A stretch of DNA of 43,723 nt from Spirochaetota bacterium (GTDB taxonomy: Bacteria; Spirochaetota; UBA4802; JAGODF01): assembly GCA_017998375.1 (NCBI GenBank), contig JAGODF010000002.1, forward strand, positions 1-43,723. Reading direction: 5' to 3'. The notes under the pieces were generated by a model. The model made no database searches and had not been told where the DNA came from. It worked only from the letters and a program-made list of their open reading frames with translations. Position 1 is the stretch's first letter; each line of letters opens with the position of its first letter. Of this stretch, positions 34,974 through 42,628 are shown piece by piece. Both the position numbers and the translations under genes were made by a program.

Positions 34974-35767
34974 TGAAAACAGTCATCAACGGCGCCGCGG
35001 GAAGGATGGGAACCGCGATTCTCCGCATACTCCTAGAACGCGGCCATTCCCTGCACGCGGCCTTCGAGCACGAAAGCTCGCCGGCTATCGGCACCGCCGC
35101 CGGGAAGCTCGTCCAGCGCGACGATATCACCACCCGCATACAGACGATGTCGCCGGACGCGCTTGCCGGCGCCGATATCATCATCGACTTCTCATCGCCC
35201 GGAGCGACGCTTCCGCTTCTCGCCGCCGCCGTCGCAGCCAGAAAACCGATTGTCATCGGCACCACGGGCATTTCCGACTCCCAGAAAAAAGAAATCGAAT
35301 CGGCGGCCGGTATCATCCCCCTCATCTTTTCACCGAACATGTCCGTGGGGGTGAACCTCCTGTTCAAGCTCACCGAGATGGCGGCACGGATCCTGAAAAA
35401 CAGCTACGACATCGAAGTCTTCGAGGCCCATCACAAGCTCAAGAAAGACGCGCCGTCCGGCACCGCGAAAAAACTGATAGAGATTATCAAGTCATCCTCT
35501 CCGGAGACCGCAGCGCTGAAGGAAGTGTATGACCGTTCCGGCATCATCGGCGAGCGCGCCCCCGGCGAGCTCGGGGTGATGGCCCTGCGCGGAGGCGACA
35601 TCGTCGGCGACCACACCGTCTTTTTCATCGGCCAGGGGGAAAGAATAGAGCTCACGCACCGCTTGAACAGCCGCGACACCCTGGCCCTGGGCTCCGTACT
35701 GGCAGCAGAGTTTCTCAATGGACGTTCACCCGGACTCTATACCATGTTCGACGTGCTGGGGTTTTAA
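34970..35767 (+). CDS. dapB: 4-hydroxy-tetrahydrodipicolinate reductase
   Basis: INGAAGRMG dinucleotide-binding motif and EAHHKLKKDAPSGTA signature. ATGA overlap with the dapA stop. Confidence 0.93.
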   Translation: MMKTVINGAAGRMGTAILRILLERGHSLHAAFEHESSPAIGTAAGKLVQRDDITTRIQTMSPDALAGADIIIDFSSPGATLPLLAAAVAARKPIVIGTTGISDSQKKEIESAAGIIPLIFSPNMSVGVNLLFKLTEMAARILKNSYDIEVFEAHHKLKKDAPSGTAKKLIEIIKSSSPETAALKEVYDRSGIIGERAPGELGVMALRGGDIVGDHTVFFIGQGERIELTHRLNSRDTLALGSVLAAEFLNGRSPGLYTMFDVLGF

Positions 35768-35768
35768 G

Positions 35769-36734
35769 ATGCAGGACAAGAAGGCCGAGGAAAAGAAGGA
35801 AGAAGTACGGGAATTCTCCGAGAATCCCTTCGACCCGGACCGGATGAACCCGGAAGGCGTAATGCGCCATTTCTTCGTCGACGATATCCCGATCATTCCC
35901 GTAGTTTCGCGCACCGGGACCCTCATGGGCATACTCCGTAAAGAGGACATGGTATCCGAGCTGAGCGACCTGGACCGTGTGCGAAAGCAGAAAATCGACC
36001 AGTTCATTCAGAAACTGCTGAAAAAGATGACCTTCGACGACCTCCTCCCCTACATAACGCGCCACAGGGAATTCATGGTCATCAATATTTTCGGCGAAAG
36101 CCAGGGAAAATGGACGCGCCTGCAGCTGCTCGAAGCCAGTGAACAGGGCCTCCACAAAAAGGCCCCCCATGACGCGGAACGACAGAGGGACGACCAGGCC
36201 ATGGAGTGGATGATATACCTGGTCCTGGAGCACATTCCCCGCGCCCTGTACGCCATGAACAACAACGGCAAGACGATGTTCTACAACAGTCATTTCGAGG
36301 ATTACATCGTGCAGACACTCGGCACGGATTATGAAATCGGAGCTATCGAGAAATCACTTGCAGCACCGGATAAAAACGATTTTTACTACAATGAAAACGA
36401 CGAAATTCTCTTCTACAATCAGGATTTCGGCTTCTATTATGAAAAAGTGCCCATGATCAGCAGGGACCAGACCGCGGGTTTCCTTGTTTTTTGCGACAGG
36501 GAATCCAATATACCGGTGACGGCCCTCACCTCGAAAAAGAACCTGAAAAAGCAGTCCCTGGATGATCGTCTTGCGACCATCGAGAAAATAATACTTACGG
36601 AGAGCCTCAAGGAGCACGGGAACAACCCCGATAAGGCAGCCTCGGCTCTCAAGATGAAAGTTACCGTCCTGAAAGCAAAGGCCAGAAAATACGGATTGAC
36701 CCTGAACAAACAGGCTGTTAAGAAAAAAAAGTGA
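35769..36734 (+). CDS. CBS - PAS-like - Fis-type HTH (HTH_8) regulator lacking an AAA+ domain
   Basis: ORF trimmed to ATG 35769, 1 nt after the dapB stop. CBS-like IPIIPVVSRTGTLMGILRKEDMVSEL. PAS-like VLEHIPRALYAMNNNGKTMFYNSHFEDY. C-terminal IEKIILTESLKEHGNNPDKAASALKMKVTVLKAKARKYGL resembles the Fis/NtrC DNA-binding helix-turn-helix. Confidence 0.65.
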   Translation: MQDKKAEEKKEEVREFSENPFDPDRMNPEGVMRHFFVDDIPIIPVVSRTGTLMGILRKEDMVSELSDLDRVRKQKIDQFIQKLLKKMTFDDLLPYITRHREFMVINIFGESQGKWTRLQLLEASEQGLHKKAPHDAERQRDDQAMEWMIYLVLEHIPRALYAMNNNGKTMFYNSHFEDYIVQTLGTDYEIGAIEKSLAAPDKNDFYYNENDEILFYNQDFGFYYEKVPMISRDQTAGFLVFCDRESNIPVTALTSKKNLKKQSLDDRLATIEKIILTESLKEHGNNPDKAASALKMKVTVLKAKARKYGLTLNKQAVKKKK

Positions 36735-36743
36735 ATATTTTTC

Positions 36744-36771
36744 TTGACTAAAAAAAAACTGGAATTATATT
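36744..36771 (+). promoter_or_regulatory. candidate sigma70-type promoter of rho
   Basis: TTGACT (36744-36749), 16-nt A-rich spacer, TATATT (36766-36771). This would give a ~330-nt leader before ATG 37109. Confidence 0.35.
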
Positions 36772-37108
36772 TGTTTTATTATTCGATTATACCCTCTATC
36801 CCCTATTACAATTTCACTCATGATTAAATTACTGGCACGCGCGTTTTCCCGGTGCTTTATCCCTGATTAACGGCTCAATACACTAAAGTTTCAAGATAAC
36901 AGGACTTCTTGCTTAAATGTTTTACCAGCAGCGCGCTCCGCAGCACGGACATAACCCCGGAGCATTATCGGGCAGATACGATTGAAATTGGTTTACCGCC
37001 TGGACGTTTCAAGCAATCAATTACAATAACGCCCATAACCAAGACGATACATTGCCGGCTTGCCTGAAAACCCGGTATTCTATCAATATTACATCCCAAA
37101 GGTGATCT

Positions 37109-38524
37109 ATGGCACGATTATCCGAAACACCACGGCATCAGCACAAGCCCAAACCCGTTGAGAGCGAGGTCCCGGCAACAGCTCCCGCTGCCTCCGCGGC
37201 GCCTTCCGCGCCAGCGGGACCGCGGCCCAACAGCAACGGTAACGGCCAGAGAAAGGGCAACCCTTCAGAAAACCGCCTCGACCTGGCCGAACTCAAGAAT
37301 AAAACCATCAATGAACTTTTCTCTATAACGAAGGAAATGGCCCTTGAGGGGATGTCCGGCCTCAAGAAGCAGGACCTCATTTTCGAAATCCTGAAGGCCC
37401 AGACAGAGCGAAACGGCCTTATATTTTCCAGCGGCGTCCTGGAAATTCTGAACGACGGCTACGGCTTCCTCCGTTCGCCCAACTACAATTACCTTCCGGG
37501 CCCCGACGACATTTACGTCTCCCCTTCACAGATCCGGCTTTTCGGTCTCAGGACGGGCGACACGGTGACCGGGCAGATACGGCCCCCCAAGGACAATGAA
37601 AGATTTTACGCGCTGCTGCGCGTTGAGGCTGTAAACTACGAAAACCCGGAAAATCTGCAGCGACGGTTCTTCTTCGACAATCTCACTCCGCTGTATCCGA
37701 TGGAGAGGATCAACCTCGAGACCGAGTCAGAGAACATCGAGATGCGCATAATGAACATCACGACGCCAATCGGAAAGGGCCAGCGCGCCCTCATCGTTGC
37801 GCCGCCGCGCACAGGAAAAACGATACTTCTGCAGAAAATAGCGAACTCCATCACCACGAACCATCCCGAGGTGGCGCTTATCGTCCTCCTCATTGACGAG
37901 CGCCCTGAAGAGGTCACCGACATGTCCCGCTCCGTCCGCGGGGAGGTGATATCGTCCACCTTCGACGAGCCTGCCTCCCGCCACGTCCAGGTGGCGGAGA
38001 TGGTGCTGGAAAAGGCCAAGCGCCTCGTGGAGCACAAGCGCGACGTGGTCATCCTCCTCGACTCCATCACCAGGCTGGCGCGCGCCTACAACCAGGTGGT
38101 TCCCACAAGCGGAAAGATCCTCTCCGGGGGCGTCGATTCCAACGCCCTGCACAAGCCGAAACGCTTTTTCGGAGCCGCCCGGAACATAGAGGAAGGGGGC
38201 AGCATGACCATCCTGGCCACGGCCCTGATAGATACCGGCAGCCGCATGGACGAGGTCATTTTCGAGGAATTCAAGGGCACGGGCAACTGCGAGCTTCACC
38301 TTGACCGGAAACTGGTCGAAAGGCGCATTTTCCCCGCCATCGACATGAACAAATCAGGTACCCGGAAAGAAGAACTTCTGCTTGACGGGGACGAGCTAAA
38401 TAAAATATGGATACTCAGGAAGGTAACTTCGGGCATGAGTCCCGTCGAGGCCATGGAGCTGCTTACCGAGAAAATGAGGGCCACGAAGAACAACAAGGCG
38501 TTCTTCAAGGCCATGAACACCTAA
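37109..38524 (+). CDS. rho: transcription termination factor Rho (with ~56-aa low-complexity N-terminal extension)
   Basis: Rho_N helix bundle starts at [15 protein letters not shown] (residue 57). Cold-shock-like RNA-binding domain [14 protein letters not shown]. Walker [35 protein letters not shown] before the ATG. Confidence 0.97.
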   Translation: MARLSETPRHQHKPKPVESEVPATAPAASAAPSAPAGPRPNSNGNGQRKGNPSENRLDLAELKNKTINELFSITKEMALEGMSGLKKQDLIFEILKAQTERNGLIFSSGVLEILNDGYGFLRSPNYNYLPGPDDIYVSPSQIRLFGLRTGDTVTGQIRPPKDNERFYALLRVEAVNYENPENLQRRFFFDNLTPLYPMERINLETESENIEMRIMNITTPIGKGQRALIVAPPRTGKTILLQKIANSITTNHPEVALIVLLIDERPEEVTDMSRSVRGEVISSTFDEPASRHVQVAEMVLEKAKRLVEHKRDVVILLDSITRLARAYNQVVPTSGKILSGGVDSNALHKPKRFFGAARNIEEGGSMTILATALIDTGSRMDEVIFEEFKGTGNCELHLDRKLVERRIFPAIDMNKSGTRKEELLLDGDELNKIWILRKVTSGMSPVEAMELLTEKMRATKNNKAFFKAMNT

Positions 38525-38538
38525 AAGGAGTAAAGGTC

Positions 38539-38739
38539 ATGAAAAAAGGGATTCACCCGGCGTACGAAGAAACAGTAATAAAATGCGCCTGCGGCAACGA
38601 GATCAAAACCAGGTCCACGATTCCGAACCTCAGGATCGATATCTGCTCTAACTGCCACCCGTTTTACACGAAGAAGCAGAAGCTCATCGACAGCACCGGA
38701 AGGGTGGAGAAGTTCAAGAAGAAATACAAAATCAAATAG
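38539..38739 (+). CDS. rpmE: 50S ribosomal protein L31 (Zn-ribbon type)
   Basis: [21 protein letters not shown]...[28 protein letters not shown]. 66 aa. SD AAGGAG upstream. Confidence 0.93.
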   Translation: MKKGIHPAYEETVIKCACGNEIKTRSTIPNLRIDICSNCHPFYTKKQKLIDSTGRVEKFKKKYKIK

Positions 38740-38748
38740 TATTCTTCC

Positions 38749-38785
38749 GCGGGGCGGTTATATCCAGATATTCCCGCCCCTTTTC
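38749..38785 (+). terminator. rho-independent terminator of rho-rpmE
   Basis: GGGGCGG..ATATC-CA-GATAT..CCGCCCC followed by TTTT, starting 10 nt after the rpmE stop. Confidence 0.8.
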
Positions 38786-39148
38786 ACTTTCCTGCTTGTC
38801 TACTCATACTTTCTTATCAAATATTCTTACTGAATAGTTCCATATGAGTAAATATTACACACGTCAAAACTTGATCAATGTGTAAAAAATACCCACTTTA
38901 CTGACTACTCCTATTTTAGCACCAACTTACTAACTTTACCAGGAAATCAAAATCCACTGCTTTCCTGGCACTGTACAAATCATGATTTCAGTTCTCTTTT
39001 TTTTGTTTTTTACTAAAATTTGTATAATCACTAAAATCATGATGACTCATTATCATCCCAATAATTACACGTTTCATTTATATTGTTAACAAACAATAAT
39101 TTTAATAATTTTCTAAATATTTCCAGCAAAGACACAAACTTCATCGCT

Positions 39149-39165
39149 CTGGCACGATACTTGCT
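39149..39165 (+). promoter_or_regulatory. sigma54 (-24/-12) promoter
   Basis: CTGGCACGATACTTGCT matches YTGGCACGrNNNTTGCW at all specified positions. The predicted TSS near 39175 lies ~22 nt upstream of ATG 39198. Confidence 0.65.
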
Positions 39166-39197
39166 TTTTAATAGAGTGTTACTCGATGGAGATTATC

Positions 39198-40034
39198 ATG
39201 AAAAATTATCACGCGGGCGACGAGTCAAGTCTCAATAACTACTTTTCATCAATCAACAGGATATCCCTTCTCACGCAGGAAGAGGAATCCGAACTGGCAA
39301 AATCCAAATGCGAGGGTGACGAAAGGGCGAAGGAAAGGCTCATAAAATCAAACCTGCGCCTGGTGGTGAAGATCGCCAAGAACTATACCTCCATTGAACC
39401 ATCCATAATAGACCTTATCCAGGAAGGAAACCTGGGCCTTATTCGGGCAGCGGAAAAATTCGACTACAGCATGGGATGCCGTTTTTCGACCTACGCGTCC
39501 TACTGGATAAAGCATTACATAACCCGCTTCATCGCGAAGCGCAGCAGGGCGATACGCATCCCCATCCGGAAGGGCGACCTCCACAAGAAGATCAAGAAAG
39601 CCCGTGAAATTCTCATCAGCGAGAACGGAAGGGAGCCCGTTTCCGTGGAGATAGCCGAGCTTCTCGGGATATCCGAGCGCGAAGTGAACGATATAATCGA
39701 AGTCTTCCAGCCCACGGTGTCCCTCGAGTACCCGCTGAACGACGGAGACTTCAGCCTGCTCGAAATCGTCCAGGACGAGACCACCAAGTCGCCGGATTTC
39801 AGCTTCAGCAAAGACGAGCTGAAGAAGATGCTCGACGAGGCGCTCAATTCACTGATGGACAACGAGAAGAAGATACTCAGAATGCGCTTCGGTTTCGACG
39901 ACGACCGTTCCGTTACGCTGAAGGAAGTAGGCCACAAGTTCGGCATCTCTGCGGAAACGGTGAGGCAGATAGAATCGAGGGCGATGAGCAAGATAAAGCA
40001 GAAGTTCGCGCACCTTCAGGACTATCTCGATTAG
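39198..40034 (+). CDS. sigma70-family alternative sigma factor, group-2/RpoS-like (no region 1.1)
   Basis: Region 1.2 (YFSSINRISLLTQEEESELAK). Region 2 (NLRLVVKIAKNY, DLIQEGNLGLIRAAEKFD, RFSTYASYWIKHYITRFI). Region 4.2 (TLKEVGHKFGISAETVRQIESRAMSKIK). ATG 39198 has SD GGAG 6 nt upstream; ATG 39186 is an alternative start. Confidence 0.85.
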   Translation: MKNYHAGDESSLNNYFSSINRISLLTQEEESELAKSKCEGDERAKERLIKSNLRLVVKIAKNYTSIEPSIIDLIQEGNLGLIRAAEKFDYSMGCRFSTYASYWIKHYITRFIAKRSRAIRIPIRKGDLHKKIKKAREILISENGREPVSVEIAELLGISEREVNDIIEVFQPTVSLEYPLNDGDFSLLEIVQDETTKSPDFSFSKDELKKMLDEALNSLMDNEKKILRMRFGFDDDRSVTLKEVGHKFGISAETVRQIESRAMSKIKQKFAHLQDYLD

Positions 40035-40065
40035 TCCCCGCTCTTTCATATACACTACCCTTGCT

Positions 40066-40096
40066 GTGAGAGGTTCCCCACCTCTCATTTTTTTTG
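40066..40096 (+). terminator. rho-independent terminator of the sigma gene
   Basis: TGAGAGGT-TCCCC-ACCTCTCA followed by eight T residues, 33 nt after stop 40034. Confidence 0.9.
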
Positions 40097-40192
40097 TTTG
40101 ATTTACATGCCGGGCAGTGCTCGTATAGTTTGAGCCGTAATATCGGGCCCTGCCCGATACAATTTCGCCGGCGGCACGCATCCAGTATCACC

Positions 40193-41212
40193 ATGACCAG
40201 TGATTCCAGGTTATCATCGCTCGTTGATCCTTTGAGGGAACTGCTCCAGGATATTCAAAGCCTTCTTTCCCGCACCGTGGAATCACGCGAACAGATCATC
40301 GCAGGTTTCAGCTGTGATTTCCTTCCCTTCGAAATAGTATCAGCCGCCGGGATTTTCCCTTACGTCATCCCGGAAGGAGAAGTTCCGACGACGACAGACG
40401 CCATTGTGGTACCGGCGGCCTGCCGCAGGTTCTCCGAAAAAAACGTTTCGGTTCCGGTTATCTCCGTTCCTTTATCAGCGACCGGTTACGGAGAAACCGC
40501 TCTTCCGCAATGGGAACAGATCATGGTCGACTGCATCGAGCGCATCACCGGGGCGCGGCCACGACGGCCGGACCCGGTCGTTCTCGCGGAATGCACGGAG
40601 CGGTACAACAGTTTGCGGAGGCTGGTCCGCGGCATCGCGTCGCTCCGCAGGGAAAAGCCCTCCCTGCTCTCCAACAGGGACCTCCAGGTAATGTTCGACG
40701 CGGCGCTCTGCCTTCCCCCCGACACGGTAATCAATCATCTCAAAGCGATTCTCGATGCGCTGAACACAACCGAACCATCAACACCATCGCAGGGCCTGCC
40801 TGCGATGGTGTACGGCTCCTTCTCCGTCAATCAGGAGCTTTTTGACAAGCTGGAAGACACCGGTTTTCTTGTTGTGGAGGATGATACCTGCCGCGGGCGT
40901 AGAAGCTTCGACATGTCGCACGACACCTCGTCCCCGGACCTGTATCGTGAAATTCTGCACGCGCACTCGTTCAGGCCGTTCTGCCCGTGCATGCGCGGCG
41001 TCACCGAGCGCTTCGAGCTTCTCTACCGGCTGGCGGCATCGTATGGAATAGAGACGGTGATACTCATCGACGATGATTCGTGCCCGGCATGGAAAGGCCA
41101 GATCGGCCGGATGCGCGTGAGGCTCATGCGCGCGGGGCTCGATCCGCTGGTCGTCACTCCGGCGAACGCTGTCGAGACGGCCAGGAGGTATATCGAACTC
41201 GCCTCACTTTGA
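40193..41212 (+). CDS. 2-hydroxyacyl-CoA dehydratase / benzoyl-CoA reductase subunit family (HGD-D-like) protein, orphan
   Basis: ORF trimmed to ATG 40193. Family-typical [29 protein letters not shown]-terminal block and [11 protein letters not shown] Cys motif. Assignment is by motif only. Confidence 0.6.
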   Translation: MTSDSRLSSLVDPLRELLQDIQSLLSRTVESREQIIAGFSCDFLPFEIVSAAGIFPYVIPEGEVPTTTDAIVVPAACRRFSEKNVSVPVISVPLSATGYGETALPQWEQIMVDCIERITGARPRRPDPVVLAECTERYNSLRRLVRGIASLRREKPSLLSNRDLQVMFDAALCLPPDTVINHLKAILDALNTTEPSTPSQGLPAMVYGSFSVNQELFDKLEDTGFLVVEDDTCRGRRSFDMSHDTSSPDLYREILHAHSFRPFCPCMRGVTERFELLYRLAASYGIETVILIDDDSCPAWKGQIGRMRVRLMRAGLDPLVVTPANAVETARRYIELASL

Positions 41213-42628
41213 GAGAAGGAACTTGTCGATGTTCAGCGCGGCCGCGCGCCCCTGCTGGATCGCCCAGACCACGAGTGACGCGCCGCGCACCGAATCGCCC
41301 GCAGCGAAGACGCCTTCCACGCTGGTCATGAATGACGTATCGACCTCCACGTTGCCCGATTGGGTGAGCTTCACACCCAGGTCCTTCACCAACCCCTCCT
41401 GACGGATATGCACGAAACCCATCGCGAGGAGCACCAGCTCCGCGTCCAACTCGAACTCCGATCCGGGCACTTCCTTCATGGCGAAGGCACCCTTCTCATC
41501 CAGCGCCCATTCGACGCGCGCGGCTATGATCTTCCTAACCTTTCCGTTTTCACCGATGAACCTCTTCGTGGCAATGTTCCAGAGCCTCTCGCAGCCTTCC
41601 TCATGGGAGCTCGACGTCTTCAGGAGCTTCGGCCAGAGCGGCCACGGCTCCTTAAGCGTGCGCTGCTTCGGGGGCATGGGCAGAAGCTCCAGCTGGGTGA
41701 TGCTCGACGCGCCCTGGCGGTTGGCGGACCCGACGCAGTCCGACCCGGTGTCTCCGCCGCCTATCACCACCACGTGCTTGTTGTACGCGTTGATGACGCA
41801 GCTCTCGTCGATTTTATCACCCCGGACTATGCGGTTCTGCTGGGCGAGGTACGTCATCGCGTGATAGATCCCGTCCAGTTCGCGCCCCTCTATTTTCAGG
41901 TCCCGCGCCTCCCTGGCCCCGATGGTGACGCAGAGCGCGTCGAACTCCTTCCGGATCTCCGCTGCGCTGATATCCCTGCCCGCGGCGATCCCCGTCCTGA
42001 TCACGAGGCCTTCCTCGACCATCAGGTCCACCCTGCGGTCGATCACCTTCTTTTCCAGCTTGAAATCGGGGATGCCGAAGCGGAGATATCCGCCCACGGC
42101 GTCCTCCGCCTCGAAGAGCACCACCGAGTGGCCCTTCCGGTTGAGGATGTCGGCGCATGCCAGGCCCGCGGGTCCGCTCCCGATCACCGCGACCTTTTTC
42201 CCGGTGCGCCTTGCCGGCGGATGCGCCTTCACGTATCCTTCAGCGAAGGCCTTCTCGGCGACAGCAAGCTCGTTCTGGCGTATCGTGACAGGCTCGTCGT
42301 TGATGGAAAGCACGCACGACGCCTCGCAGGGAGCCGGGCAGACGCGCCCGGTGAACTCGGGGAAGTTGTTCGTGTGGTGGAGGATATCGTACGCGTCCTT
42401 CCACTTTCCCCTGAAGATCATGTCCTGCCATTCCGGCATGATGTTGCTCACCGGGCAGCCCCAGTGGCAGAACGCGACGCCGCAGTCCATGCAGCGCGAT
42501 GCCTGGAGCCTGCGCTGGTCCTCCGGGAGCAGCATCTCCACTTCGCCGTAGTCGTTTATGCGCTCCTCGACGGGACGGTATCCCGACTCCTGGCGCCTCA
42601 CCGACATGAATCCCCTGGGATCGCCCAT
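41204..42628 (-). CDS. gltD: glutamate synthase (NADPH) small subunit
   Basis: ORF trimmed to MGDPRGFM at 42628. Fe-S Cys clusters [10 protein letters not shown]...CP and [15 protein letters not shown] folds [15 protein letters not shown] and [18 protein letters not shown] overlap with the gltB stop. Confidence 0.92.
   Translation of the reverse strand: MGDPRGFMSVRRQESGYRPVEERINDYGEVEMLLPEDQRRLQASRCMDCGVAFCHWGCPVSNIMPEWQDMIFRGKWKDAYDILHHTNNFPEFTGRVCPAPCEASCVLSINDEPVTIRQNELAVAEKAFAEGYVKAHPPARRTGKKVAVIGSGPAGLACADILNRKGHSVVLFEAEDAVGGYLRFGIPDFKLEKKVIDRRVDLMVEEGLVIRTGIAAGRDISAAEIRKEFDALCVTIGAREARDLKIEGRELDGIYHAMTYLAQQNRIVRGDKIDESCVINAYNKHVVVIGGGDTGSDCVGSANRQGASSITQLELLPMPPKQRTLKEPWPLWPKLLKTSSSHEEGCERLWNIATKRFIGENGKVRKIIAARVEWALDEKGAFAMKEVPGSEFELDAELVLLAMGFVHIRQEGLVKDLGVKLTQSGNVEVDTSFMTSVEGVFAAGDSVRGASLVVWAIQQGRAAALNIDKFLLSK

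Noticed and set aside
36833-36848. TGGCAC in the rho leader, as a possible second sigma54 promoter.
   Set aside because: The sequence is TGGCAC-GCGCG-TTTTC. The -12 position has TT instead of the obligatory GC, so it fails the GG-N10-GC rule.
36820-36870. 16-codon uORF (MIKLLARAFSRCFIPD) in the rho leader, as a possible leader peptide.
   Set aside because: No SD, no regulatory codon run and no evidence of conservation. Such short ORFs are expected by chance in AT-rich DNA.
38826-38934. Three copies of a TTACTGA/TTACTAA motif in the AT-rich region upstream of the sigma gene.
   Set aside because: Seven-mers of this composition recur by chance in AT-rich sequence, and the spacing is irregular (about 71 and 29 bp). 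Not strong enough to call binding sites.
38966-38980. TGGCAC upstream of the sigma gene, as an additional sigma54 site.
   Set aside because: It is followed by TGTAC-AAAT with no TTGC/-12 element. Chance occurrence of the hexamer.
39052-39058. ATCATCC upstream of the sigma gene, resembling the half-site of the 33636-33663 inverted repeat.
   Set aside because: Only a 7-nt partial match with no properly oriented partner half-site. Insufficient to link the two regions.
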